Part shown: positions 20,903 through 31,181 of the stretch, in pieces
Position numbering within the stretch: position 1 is the stretch's first letter
How the letters are laid out: the number at the start of each line of letters is the position of its first letter
Assembly (NCBI GenBank): GCA_965208675.1
Contig: OZ242351.1
Coordinates: 2,720,001 to 2,784,000 of the forward strand
Origin: Candidatus Poribacteria bacterium
GTDB lineage: Bacteria; Poribacteria; WGA-4E; PCPOR2b
Reading direction: 5' to 3'
Length of the DNA stretch: 64,000 bases
Notes under the pieces: model-generated
The model's input: only the letters and a program-made list of their open reading frames with translations
Databases searched by the model: none
Told to the model about the DNA's origin: nothing
Program-made: the position numbers and the translations under genes

Positions 20903-22021
20903 TCAGTACGCCGCCTCATACAGTTCCAGCAATTCGACTTCCCCGACTTGCCGTGGATTAAACCCGCCCGTCCATTGCGCCGCGGCTTCCTTTGCCAAAT
21001 TGGGCAAATCCACTCTGTCAATATTGAAATCTCTCAGCCGCACCGGCAACCGTGCGGCGGTAATCAATTCGAAAATGCGTTCATCTAACGGTGAAGGATA
21101 CAACTCGCGGTAAAGCGCGCCGACCGCCTGTCGGTTGAATCCCACAACGTGGGGCAGCATTAATCCCACCGCAACGCCGTGAATTACACCATATCGACTT
21201 GTCAAAGGATTGGCGCAGGCATGCGCTGCGCCGAGCATGGAGTTTTCTATCGCAGCACCAGCGAGATGCGCCCCCAGCAGCATTCGTCCTTGGGCGTCAA
21301 CATTCTCGAGATTGCGTAGAACAGTTTCGAAATTCCCCTCAAGCAGCCGCCACGCCTCTCTGGCAAACGCCTGCGAGATGGGATTCCGTTTCGTCGAAAC
21401 ATAACTTTCCACAGCGTGGGCGATTGCATCAATGCCCGCCGCCGCCGCCACGTGGTTCGGGACGGTTGCCGTCAACACCGGATCGAGAATTACGGTTCGG
21501 AATCGGGCTTTTTTGTCGCCGCAGGCCATCTTTTGGCGGGAAACCTCTTGGGTGATTAACGCAAAAGACTGGGCTTCGCTGCCCGTGCCCGCGGTGGTCG
21601 GAACGCCGATGGAGGGGAGCATCGGTTTGGAGGCTTTGCCTTCGCCCCAATAATCCGCCATAGCGCCGCCGTTCGTGAGGAGGAAGTTGATTCCTTTAGC
21701 GCAGTCCATTGCGCTGCCGCCGCCTAAACCGACGATTAGGTCAATCTTTCCTTGTGATGCCGCAAACCGAACACCGGATTCAACGTGCCGAGTTGTCGGA
21801 TTTTCTTCTACACCGTCAAAAACAGAGACCGCTAACGATTCCTTCCTCAAGGATTTGAGCGCGTTTTCCACAATTCCGGCGCTGACGACGCCCGAATCGG
21901 ACACAACCAGAACGCGCGTGCCGCCTAATTCCTTTGTCAAAGCCCCCAACTGAACGAGTGTATTCTCGCCGAATATGACGCGCGTACTCGGTTGAAAATC
22001 GAAAGGTTGCATTGCCCTCAA
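20903..22021 (-). CDS. Iron-containing alcohol dehydrogenase
   Basis: GGGSAMDCAK, PTTAGTGSE, DAIAHAVES, HACANPL…HG. Confidence 0.95.
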   Translation of the reverse strand: MRAMQPFDFQPSTRVIFGENTLVQLGALTKELGGTRVLVVSDSGVVSAGIVENALKSLRKESLAVSVFDGVEENPTTRHVESGVRFAASQGKIDLIVGLGGGSAMDCAKGINFLLTNGGAMADYWGEGKASKPMLPSIGVPTTAGTGSEAQSFALITQEVSRQKMACGDKKARFRTVILDPVLTATVPNHVAAAAGIDAIAHAVESYVSTKRNPISQAFAREAWRLLEGNFETVLRNLENVDAQGRMLLGAHLAGAAIENSMLGAAHACANPLTSRYGVIHGVAVGLMLPHVVGFNRQAVGALYRELYPSPLDERIFELITAARLPVRLRDFNIDRVDLPNLAKEAAAQWTGGFNPRQVGEVELLELYEAAY

Positions 22022-23460
22022 TTTTTACGGCGCGTACTGGTCATCTGAAATGCCCGTTGCCGATACAGGTGCTCAAACAGATTGCCTTCGTGCGGCTGAT
22101 CCCAAGCGATTTGATTGGTGCTAATCGCACCTAAATTAAGGCGTTCCACATCTGGGGAGCCAAGTAACTCATTGATAAAAGCTTCGTCTTCGGTGAAAGC
22201 GCTGACCACCAAGGTTGAGCCGATACGTTCCAAAATCTCTGGTTGCGGCACTTCTACCACACTGACGAAGGGAAACAGGTATTCTGTGTTCGCCAGTGGA
22301 TGTTCCGGGCTTTCACACCAGATGACGGTTGGGAGAAGATAGGTGCAACCGGCTTTTTCAACTAGCCTTCCGCCCCCTCGAACTTCGGCTGTCACATCGC
22401 TAGCACCGGGTGTTTTCAGTTGATCGTCAATGAGACTTGAAAGCTGACGGGCGAACTTTGGATTCGAAAATGCGGCGATTTGTGCCTGCGGATCGTCCAG
22501 CGGCAGCGCGTCAATTTGCGCCAACCTTTTTGCTAAAGCCCCCGCGATTTCGCGGCTATGGGCGGGCGCCCAGATTCCGGAGGCGTTAATGCAGGACCTT
22601 CCACCGTTATCGACGATGGATGCGATCATGACATCCAGATATATTTCCCAATCTGAAATCTCGTCATTCGCGATGACAATCTTGCTACGGCCCGGCCCGT
22701 GAATCTGCACACGTGGATCGGTTTTCCATGGCGTCACGGTTGATTCGCCGCCGAACAGCATTGAGCGGCCGCTGCGAAGTAAAATTTCAGCGGCGCCTGT
22801 GTAGTCCGTTGGATAAAAGCCGAACGCCGCTGGAGGACAGTCCGATGCAATCAAAGCTTGCGCGATGCGGTAAGGCGTCCAAGGCTCTTCGCCTCCCGGT
22901 TTGAGAATCAGCGGGGTTTTCATCGGAATGGCAGGCAGCCAGAGCGAATGCACGCCTGGGGAGTTACTGGGCAGCACCGCCCCTAACACATTCGTTTGAC
23001 GTACGTAGCTCAAGGGACGTTTATCTTGCACGCCCCAACCGTCGTCGAGTATGGAGAGATTCAGTCCGCGCGTCAACCCTCCCAGAACCGCTTCCATTTC
23101 ATCCAGAACCGTCCGGATTTTGTTCATGTTGTTTCGGCAGAGACTTTCCGGCATGCCTGTCGTCGCAGAAAGCTGTCGAATGTAGTCGCCGGGCGATTGC
23201 GATTCGGCGCCCAAGGGAAGAACCGAATCAGTAAAACAATGGGCGGCTTTCTTACAAATTGCAACCAGTTCCGATACGGAAAGCGATTCAAGGGCGCGTT
23301 TGTGATGCGCGGCTGTGGTTAAGTCCTTGGCAATTAACCCCCGATTCGACTGACTCACCTCAGCGATTGGTTCGCCTGTCTGGACGTGCCGCACGCGGTG
23401 GATATTTAGGCTGCGATAAGGGCATCCAGCTCGTAGAATCGGAATGTGTATCATTGTCAA
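22018..23460 (-). CDS. Aldehyde dehydrogenase / acyl-CoA reductase-like protein
   Basis: LPSNSPG, LKP, HGPGRS, catalytic GRSCINAS, EYLFPF. Confidence 0.85.
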   Translation of the reverse strand: MTMIHIPILRAGCPYRSLNIHRVRHVQTGEPIAEVSQSNRGLIAKDLTTAAHHKRALESLSVSELVAICKKAAHCFTDSVLPLGAESQSPGDYIRQLSATTGMPESLCRNNMNKIRTVLDEMEAVLGGLTRGLNLSILDDGWGVQDKRPLSYVRQTNVLGAVLPSNSPGVHSLWLPAIPMKTPLILKPGGEEPWTPYRIAQALIASDCPPAAFGFYPTDYTGAAEILLRSGRSMLFGGESTVTPWKTDPRVQIHGPGRSKIVIANDEISDWEIYLDVMIASIVDNGGRSCINASGIWAPAHSREIAGALAKRLAQIDALPLDDPQAQIAAFSNPKFARQLSSLIDDQLKTPGASDVTAEVRGGGRLVEKAGCTYLLPTVIWCESPEHPLANTEYLFPFVSVVEVPQPEILERIGSTLVVSAFTEDEAFINELLGSPDVERLNLGAISTNQIAWDQPHEGNLFEHLYRQRAFQMTSTRRKN

Positions 23461-23520
23461 TGCGCTCTCGTTCTAGATGAAAAAATGGGTCGATAATCCT
23501 TGTCAAATGCGAGTTTCATT

Positions 23521-24297
23521 CTACGATCTCTTTTTCTTGCCGCCCTTCTTTCGACTTACGCCCAGCGCTTCAATTTCTTCCCATAGATTTTGATAGGACT
23601 TTGCGGCGGGGGACTTGGGCGCAAAGACCGAGACCGGCTCTCGTTGGATTCCCATTCTTTCGACATGGGACAGATAAGGAATAGCGGTCTGCAGAACACC
23701 GTTGAAAACGCGTAACGACTCTTGCATCAGTTCACGGTGGATTTTTTTCCGCCTATCAACCATCGAAAAAAAGGTGTACAGGTTGCCCGAATCATAACCG
23801 CTTTTATCAAGGAAATCGATTAACTGCTTGTGTGTACGCACGGACAGCGTGGTTGGAATTAGCGGAACGAGGAGGGAGTCCGCAGCGTCGAAAATATTCT
23901 CCGCAAGCAGATCAATGGTACACGGACAGTCCAAAGTGATTAAGTCGTATTCATCCCGAAGCGGCTCTAGAATTCGTTTTAACCGACGTCTCGAACGCTT
24001 CAATTGATGAAAAGTGACCGCCAAATTTCGATGCGTAAAATCCGATGGCAGCAGATCCAAATTGTCAAAATCCGTGCCTTTGATATTTCGTTCGATTCGC
24101 TTGCCGCCTTTAACGAACCCCTTTGTCCTTGATTTGAGTTTGGGTTTGACTCGAAGGTAATATGTCGCAGAACTTTGCGCATCCAGATCGCAGATAAGGG
24201 TTTTTAGCCCCGCTTGAGCCGCTAAATATGACAGGTTAACGGTTGTAGCAGTCTTTCCGACGCCGCCTTTATTACTGTAGATTGCCAGTGTTTTCAT
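23521..24297 (-). CDS. ParA/Soj-family ATPase
   Basis: Deviant Walker A KGGVGKT, DLDAQ, LDCP. Confidence 0.93.
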   Translation of the reverse strand: MKTLAIYSNKGGVGKTATTVNLSYLAAQAGLKTLICDLDAQSSATYYLRVKPKLKSRTKGFVKGGKRIERNIKGTDFDNLDLLPSDFTHRNLAVTFHQLKRSRRRLKRILEPLRDEYDLITLDCPCTIDLLAENIFDAADSLLVPLIPTTLSVRTHKQLIDFLDKSGYDSGNLYTFFSMVDRRKKIHRELMQESLRVFNGVLQTAIPYLSHVERMGIQREPVSVFAPKSPAAKSYQNLWEEIEALGVSRKKGGKKKRS

Positions 24298-24314
24298 TCA
24301 ACAAACTCGCGCAA

Positions 24315-25862
24315 TTACGAAGCGAAAAGTTCCCGGAACAACTTTCTGTTTGAAGAGGAAGCAAAATCGTTGAAAATATTGGAAAATGAGTTTTTAACGG
24401 TCTGTTTTTTTTGACTCAACGCCCCGATTAAACTGCCTATTGCGAGAATTGTCCTTTTGGACTGCGAATTCGCTATAGGCAGTTCACCAGTAATCGTCTG
24501 AAGATATTCGTCCTGAATGCACACATCCTGAAAATCCCCAAGATTATCTTGCAAATTTTTCAACTGGTTTATTAAAATACTAATTTTTGGATAGGGAAAC
24601 AGACTGGAAAAGAACTCCATCAAATACCGCAGTTTTTTGCATTCAATCCTGAGTTGATGCAACAGCTCATCTCCGGTATTCTCAAAGCTCAGGCGTCCAA
24701 GTTTAACGACATTCCGGTACCTCCTGTAGATTCGGTTCCGCGCAAGAAAAATTATTGGAACACCTGCGTTAAGTGCCGGTGAAGTGTTTTTCGACGGTTC
24801 GTCAAGAAAGGCTTCCCAATCCTTCAGCATCCGCGAGAGCCGTTTGGAGTTTAAATTGCCAACAACTTCCTTTAACGCTTCCGATCGTTTCACACGTAAA
24901 TGGTCAAACAGCGGCTCAATGTCAACTTGAAATACATTCGGAAGCATCGCCTTGTAGTTTCTTTCGTTAAGGAGATAAACATCCAAATCCCGCAGCGGAT
25001 TCGAGAGTTTGCCCAATGCGGCGAACTCCCGCCTAAACCGGTCGATTGCATCCTCCGGGAACACAGACTTAATCTGGCTTAAAGCGGAACGTGTCCGGCG
25101 GATAGCAACGCGAAAATCGTGCAAAAATTCAGTGTCAAGGTCCGCCTTGATGCCCTCCACATTGCGATTGATGACTTTCAGTAGAAGCCGCAGCACAATT
25201 TTAGTCGCCTCATCAGCACGCATATCCGGGTCGAGTTTTAATTTCAATTTTGTAGAATAATCTCCCGGGTACTGATTTACCGCTCCCAAGATGTTGCGAT
25301 AGATATCTTCCTCCCCAACTGTTGGAAATCCCAAATCGTGGAATTGGTTGGCCAACGTTCGAAAGTATGCCGGATATCCTCGAACCTGCTCTAAGGTCAG
25401 ATGAGTTGACATCGCGGGCGCGTCAGGTTTAAGCCTGAACGCTTCGTAAACGAAGCGCGCCACTGTTTTTTCGTCGGGGTTCAAAATGCGGTAGGAATTT
25501 GAATGGGAGACGATTTCAGCGCGCTTCAAAAGCGCGCGTACCTTTATAATCGGCGACAGCAGGTCTTTCAATCGGCTGTCAGGAAAATCCCATATGAAGA
25601 CGGGTTGAGCGCGGATGCGGGCGCGCTCCATCAACGTGTTTTGAGAAAGGTGATGCAGTACAAAGTGACTTCCAGTTCCGTACAAAGCAAGTGAATTATT
25701 GAATAAACGCCAGTCGAAGGTGTCGTAAATTGTAAAACGCTCTGTGGCGGACTGCTCTTCTTTGGTGGAGTACGATGCATCAGCCGATTCACGAATCAAA
25801 CGCTCTTGACTATACCCGGCAGGTAGCTTAAATTTCAGATAATTATGCAAGTCTGCCTCCAC
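24315..25862 (-). CDS. CHAD-domain (polyphosphate-binding) protein
   Basis: EFLHDFRVAIRRTRS, RDLDV, LHQLRIECKKLRY, LQDNLGDFQD; N-terminal YDTFDWRL. Confidence 0.93.
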   Translation of the reverse strand: MEADLHNYLKFKLPAGYSQERLIRESADASYSTKEEQSATERFTIYDTFDWRLFNNSLALYGTGSHFVLHHLSQNTLMERARIRAQPVFIWDFPDSRLKDLLSPIIKVRALLKRAEIVSHSNSYRILNPDEKTVARFVYEAFRLKPDAPAMSTHLTLEQVRGYPAYFRTLANQFHDLGFPTVGEEDIYRNILGAVNQYPGDYSTKLKLKLDPDMRADEATKIVLRLLLKVINRNVEGIKADLDTEFLHDFRVAIRRTRSALSQIKSVFPEDAIDRFRREFAALGKLSNPLRDLDVYLLNERNYKAMLPNVFQVDIEPLFDHLRVKRSEALKEVVGNLNSKRLSRMLKDWEAFLDEPSKNTSPALNAGVPIIFLARNRIYRRYRNVVKLGRLSFENTGDELLHQLRIECKKLRYLMEFFSSLFPYPKISILINQLKNLQDNLGDFQDVCIQDEYLQTITGELPIANSQSKRTILAIGSLIGALSQKKQTVKNSFSNIFNDFASSSNRKLFRELFAS

Positions 25863-25976
25863 AGCGTTGTCTTCGCACCGTCATTGATTTCGCCATCGCA
25901 TTTCACAAGTTTCATTGTATCAGAACCGCTGTATTTCATCAATAAGAATACCGCTGTGTCAGCAGACGCAGCGTTC

Positions 25977-26004
25977 ATTATAGCATGATTGGGATCAGTG
26001 TCAA
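25977..26004 (-). promoter_or_regulatory. Sigma70 promoter for the CHAD-ParA pair
   Basis: TTGACA-N16-TATAAT with extended TG on minus strand. Confidence 0.65.
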
Positions 26005-26107
26005 TCATATTCAACTGCTTCATCCGTGAGGAGATAGTGCACCACATTCAGCGTGAGGCATTGGAGTGAAGAAACCCCAAATGCGTATTGTCACGGGTTC
26101 AAAATTA

Positions 26108-26136
26108 TTGACACGCATTGCGTCGGGTGGTAGAAT
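26108..26136 (+). promoter_or_regulatory. Sigma70 promoter for rarA
   Basis: TTGACA-N17-TAGAAT. Confidence 0.65.
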
Positions 26137-26210
26137 GCATCCCGCGGTAGGTTGGGTGATCGGGCGGTCTATCTCAACCTGAACCGCCAGAATTTAGCGG
26201 AGGTCATCCA

Positions 26211-27563
26211 GTGAATGAGTCAGGAACCCCCACCAATCTGTTCGACTCTCAGCCGACGTCCGGCAAAAGCGCGGGACCTCTGGCGCACCGGGTTCGCCCC
26301 AATTCACTCGACGGATTCGTCGGACAAGAGCATCTGCTGGACAAGGGACAGCCTCTTCGTCGTGCAATCGAAGGCGACGTGTTGATGTCCTGCATCTTTT
26401 GGGGTCCGCCGGGGTGCGGCAAGACTACGCTGGCGCACATTATCGCCCAGTATTCAAAAGCGCACTTCGAGCCTATCAACGCGAGCACAACAGGCGTTCC
26501 GGAATTGCGTAAACGAATCGCCGCTGCTCAAGAACGCTTAAAAATCCAAAATCAACCTACCATCCTGTTCTTGGACGAAATCCACCGCTTTAACAAAGCG
26601 CAGCAGGATTTTCTGCTGTCCTTCGTGGAAAACGGCACAATTGTGCTGATTGGTGCGACTACCGAAAACCCTTCCTTTGAGGTGAATACCCCGCTCCTCT
26701 CTCGCATGCAGGTTTACCCGTTCCACCCGCTAGAAACACGCCACATCCAGCAGATAGTGGATACGGCAATCTGCGATATTGAACGGGGACTTGGCAAGTA
26801 TCGAGTCACACTTTCGGATGCGGCTATGGAAGCGCTCGTTCGGATTGCGGACGGCGATGTGCGGCTAGCACTTAATGCGTTGGAACTCGCGGTGCAAACG
26901 TGCAAGCCCAATTCGCAGCAAATCCGTCACTTGGATGCGGAGAGCGTCCGCCGCGCCGCACAGAAACGGATGCTGCGCCACGATAAAGCTGGCGATGAAC
27001 ATTACAACCTAATTTCGGCCTTTATCAAGAGTATGCGTGCGTCCGATGCAGACGCTGCCATCTATTGGCTGGCGAGGCTCCTTGAAGCCGGAGAGGACGC
27101 GCGTTTCATTGCACGGAGAATGGTAATCTTGGCGTCTGAGGATGTCGGAAACGCCGACCCACAAGCGTTGTTGATTGCGGACGCGGCGGCACGCGCCGTG
27201 GAATTTGTCGGGCTTCCGGAGGCGCAACTCAATTTGGCTCAGGCTGCCACCTACCTCGCGTGCGCACCGAAAAGTAATGCCTCATATCTGGCTTTACTAG
27301 CGGCTCAGAAAGATGTACGCCAAAAATCCGCCTACCCGGTACCGCTCCACCTGCGGAACGCACCCACGCAACTGATGCGAGAACTCGGGTACGGAAAGGG
27401 ATACCAGTACGCTCACGATTTCGAAGAACACATCGCCGACATGGAATGCCTCCCCGAACCTCTACACGGGCAACGCTACTATAAACCGACGGATATCGGA
27501 TATGAAGCGGTCATCCGCGAATATCTGGAAAAAGTTAAAAACAAAATAGGGCGAACTGATTGA
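26211..27563 (+). CDS. rarA: Replication-associated recombination protein A (AAA+ ATPase)
   Basis: [49 protein letters not shown]. Confidence 0.97.
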   Translation: MNESGTPTNLFDSQPTSGKSAGPLAHRVRPNSLDGFVGQEHLLDKGQPLRRAIEGDVLMSCIFWGPPGCGKTTLAHIIAQYSKAHFEPINASTTGVPELRKRIAAAQERLKIQNQPTILFLDEIHRFNKAQQDFLLSFVENGTIVLIGATTENPSFEVNTPLLSRMQVYPFHPLETRHIQQIVDTAICDIERGLGKYRVTLSDAAMEALVRIADGDVRLALNALELAVQTCKPNSQQIRHLDAESVRRAAQKRMLRHDKAGDEHYNLISAFIKSMRASDADAAIYWLARLLEAGEDARFIARRMVILASEDVGNADPQALLIADAAARAVEFVGLPEAQLNLAQAATYLACAPKSNASYLALLAAQKDVRQKSAYPVPLHLRNAPTQLMRELGYGKGYQYAHDFEEHIADMECLPEPLHGQRYYKPTDIGYEAVIREYLEKVKNKIGRTD

Positions 27564-27595
27564 GTCTAGCGGAGCGAAGGGCGAGCAAATTTGAT

Positions 27596-27668
27596 CTCAC
27601 AATAGCGTACTCTCTATACGATAAATTCGCCGCTCTCCATCCTCTCTTCGCATCTCAAGAACGCACCC
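27596..27668 (-). pseudogene. Remnant of the 3' end of an ECF-array gene
   Basis: Minus strand reads VLEMRREDGERRIY, matching VLKMRKVDGEWRIY of 35226-36710. Confidence 0.7.
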
Positions 27669-28535
27669 AATTTTCAAGTGCGTATCTCATTACGCGCGGT
27701 GTGCGTTCGGCCGATCGAGTTTGCGGCCTCATTTGGTGTCAAAGTTGCAACCAAAACCTATCTTCTCAGGAGAATTTTCCGAGCGTTTTTGCCCTACATT
27801 TTAGTTGACACAGCATCTGAAACTCTGATAGGATGTATTCAATTGAATCCGTGCATAAGGTAGGTATTTCTCTGGCGGGCTAAACGCTTGGGTACAACAG
27901 CGATGAATCTGCTTGCTTCTATCACAAATAAAATCCCCTGTAACCCGTCCCGCAACCGCATTTCCCCGGAGGACAGGATTGATACTCCGACTATTATGGG
28001 ATTATATTGGTCCGGATTCACCGAGAAACTTCATACGCAATTATTTTTTCTTGCCAAGCGTCTTTGAAGAGGCAGGTTAGTTTGCCTCTCTGGAGGCGCT
28101 TTTTTGTTTGTGGAGCGTAACGATTTCTATAAGCCGATTCAATGGCTAAAATAGCAGTTTGCGGGAGCTTGAGTTGATATGCCAATCGGATTGAGGCAAT
28201 GCTGACACAAGCTGGATCGTAATCCGAAGGCGAAGCGATTTGTGGCCGCAGGCGAAAACCGAAGAAAGAGCTGTTTCTGGTCGGATTTTCCGCCTTCGGC
28301 GGTGTCTTCTTGTGGCTCATTGGCTGTACCCGGTACCATAAATTAACCATGTTAGCGTGGGGTGGTTCATTTGTCCGCGCTCAAACGAAAACCGCGAAGG
28401 ATCCCTTTGGGAGGAATGCGCTTAAAGTAAAACCAACTCTAGCGATTGAGCTTATAGATTCGTTTTGACTCTTTCTTCATTCTTTAGAGATGAGGTTTTC
28501 CAACATGGCAACCATTCAAGAAAGGACAATATCTC

Positions 28536-29357
28536 ATGAAAAAGACAGTTGTACGATTGACCTTTTTCTGCGTTGGCTTGGTCTTCGCCGGTTTGGTGTT
28601 GACGAGTATCAGTGATGCCGAAATTGACATGACAGGCGCGAGGGCTATTTGGCTCTTTGACGAAGGGGAAGGTGATACAACTAGCGATATTTCTGGCAAT
28701 GATTTTCACGCAACCCTCGCAAATGGTGCGGCATGGACGGACGGCAAGTTCGGAGCAGGTGTGAGTTTCGATGGAGCGGATGATTATGTGGAAGCGAATG
28801 CCCCAGTCGTTGTCGAAACAGTCGATTTCACAATGGGTCTTTGGCTAAATCCAGGCGAGACTCAATCCCAGTGGGCTAATGTCCTCTCCAGTCATGGCAG
28901 CGATCCAGGACCTCCGGAAATTTGCCGGGGAATGTCCATTGAACAGGTTAGCGACTCCGCAAATCTGTTCTACTTTATCGCGGGTGGCGGGGAAAACGGT
29001 TGTTGGCTTGGTCAAGCGGCGCAAACCCAACTGGCAGCCGGTGTTTGGCAGCATTTCGTCATTGTACGGCAGGGGGCTACATTGACACATTACCTGAACG
29101 GCGAGGTATCCGCGGAGGGACGCGCTCAAAGAGATACACCCTACGCACCTGCCACACTTAATTTCCGCATCGGAAACTGGAGCGTCTTTGAGGGCAGGGG
29201 GTACAATGGCACAGTTGACGACGCTTTTATTTTCGATAGAGCACTGAGCCACGATGAAATTACCAGCCTTATGGACGATGGCTTTGATGTTGAAATCGCC
29301 GTTTCCCCGGCAAGGAAAATTTCTGCGGTCTGGGGAGGGATAAAAACACTATTTTAA
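28536..29357 (+). CDS. Secreted LamG-like jellyroll protein
   Basis: Signal peptide; 'W.FDEG.G', 'GKFG….FDG.DDYV', 'WQHFV'; C-terminal AVSPARKISAVWGGIK. Confidence 0.92.
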   Translation: MKKTVVRLTFFCVGLVFAGLVLTSISDAEIDMTGARAIWLFDEGEGDTTSDISGNDFHATLANGAAWTDGKFGAGVSFDGADDYVEANAPVVVETVDFTMGLWLNPGETQSQWANVLSSHGSDPGPPEICRGMSIEQVSDSANLFYFIAGGGENGCWLGQAAQTQLAAGVWQHFVIVRQGATLTHYLNGEVSAEGRAQRDTPYAPATLNFRIGNWSVFEGRGYNGTVDDAFIFDRALSHDEITSLMDDGFDVEIAVSPARKISAVWGGIKTLF

Positions 29358-29841
29358 TCTGAAATACGTCTTATCCTCGTGCAGAGGCAGGCGTGCCCGT
29401 GCTTACGCTATCATGTGGATTGTGATGGCTAGGAATCCAAGTTCCCGTCTTCGATACGGCTTTGAACCCTTCAGTGGTTTAACCTTCAAATCCATTCTAC
29501 GTTAAGCACGCAAACGTTGAGTGCCAGCTGATATTCTTGTTCAATCTGAAACCGGATGTAGAATTGCAAGCCCTCTTGTGCGAACTGTAAGCGGCTAAGC
29601 TTTGATTAGTACCTAATATAGCAAAGAATAATCCGTAATGAGTAATACGTGAGAAGAAGGTTAAATCTTATTGTGTTTACACGTGACGCGTGACTTCATT
29701 CTAATGAGAAATGGATTCCTCGATTAAAAACCCTGGACGAATCGAGATTGTGGCGTTAAATTGTCGGTCGGGATTCTAACACGGAGATTTCCTTGTCGAT
29801 TTCGAAAACTCGACCGGCAAATTTTATAAGGAGATTGTCTT

Positions 29842-30672
29842 ATGAAGAGCACATCTGTCAGATTAACCGTCTTTTGTATCGGTCTGATCATCATCAGTCT
29901 GGTGTTAACAGGTAAAACCGACGCCCAACTTGACATTGAAGGCGCTGTAGCGATATGGCTTTTTGACGAAGGTAGAGGCGATAAAGTAGCCGATGCCTCC
30001 GGCAATGGTAATGATGGAGAGTTTGTAAATAATCCAGAATGGGTCGAAGGAAAATTTGGCGACGCTTTGGATTTCGATGGAATTGTTGACTATGTACAGA
30101 TAAATGTCCCAGTCGTTGTGGAAACCGATGACTTCACAATGGGCTGTTGGGTGAATCCAGGAAAAGTCCAAAAACAGTGGGCAAATATTCTCTCTAGCCA
30201 TGGCGGCGATCCAGGTCCTCCGATAAATTGTGAGGGAATGTCCTTTGAACAGAATAGCGACACTCCAAATCGGTTCTACTTTATCGGGGGAGGTGCGCCG
30301 CGGCAATGTTGGCTTGGCCAAGCGGCGCAAACTCAACTGAAGAGCGGTGTTTGGCAGCATTTCGTCGTTGTACGCAAGGATGGTAAACTGACACATTATC
30401 TGGACGGTGAGGTGTCCGCGGAGGTAGGCCTTCCACAAGACCTCGCGGTTGCCACAGATAGGTTTCGCATCGCTAACTGGAGTCGCCACGGGAACCGGGA
30501 ATTCCAGGGGAAGGTTGACGAAGCCATGGTTTTCAGTCGAGCACTAAGCCACGATGAAATTACCACGGCCATGAATGAAGGTATTGCCGAGATATTGCCA
30601 GTTGCCCCAGTGGACAAAGCGCTCACTACGACGTGGGGGACATTAAAATGGATGAATCGGAGAAGAGAATAA
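29842..30672 (+). CDS. Secreted LamG-like jellyroll protein, tandem paralog
   Basis: Shares long identical blocks with 28536-29357; C-terminal PVDKALTTTWGTLK. Confidence 0.92.
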   Translation: MKSTSVRLTVFCIGLIIISLVLTGKTDAQLDIEGAVAIWLFDEGRGDKVADASGNGNDGEFVNNPEWVEGKFGDALDFDGIVDYVQINVPVVVETDDFTMGCWVNPGKVQKQWANILSSHGGDPGPPINCEGMSFEQNSDTPNRFYFIGGGAPRQCWLGQAAQTQLKSGVWQHFVVVRKDGKLTHYLDGEVSAEVGLPQDLAVATDRFRIANWSRHGNREFQGKVDEAMVFSRALSHDEITTAMNEGIAEILPVAPVDKALTTTWGTLKWMNRRRE

Positions 30673-31181
30673 CGACCGGTTCATCTACTACCAAGTGGGC
30701 GATTTGGTAGAAGTCTTGTCGACACTTGAGACAAGCGTTGTTTAATTCAAGGATTGAATCAAACAGTAAGGTCCCAAGGTATTCTAAGTGTTTCATCGTC
30801 TGAAACTAAGGTCCTGCCTCACTATTATTCAGTTTTCTTACCCTGCGCACTAGAGCAACTTCCGCTCCTTGCTGCTGTGGTGCGTCCATCCAACCTGTAA
30901 TTATTCGGCGTTTTTGACCGCACAAGCCCGTTGAATTAGTGTAAAATTCTGTCAAAAGAAATTCCAGAATTTACTGTTCTATTCCCACACTGATACCGTC
31001 TAGCACATCGTTGGAAGAACAGTGATGCAGCAACGCCCCAAGAAAACTCCACGACCAAATGCGATCGAAAATTCCATTGAAACACGATTCCCTCCGGTGG
31101 AATCTCGAAAGCCGTTCTGTTTCTGACCCAATCTCGATTCTCTAATAGTAGGACTCTTTTCGTTTTCTGCAAAAGGCAATC

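Noticed and set aside
27839-28350. Short minus-strand ORFs, one with a PIN-like 'IRLAYQLKLP' stretch
   Set aside because: Similarity is too short and the catalytic acidic residues are absent. Possibly decayed sequence, but not supportable.
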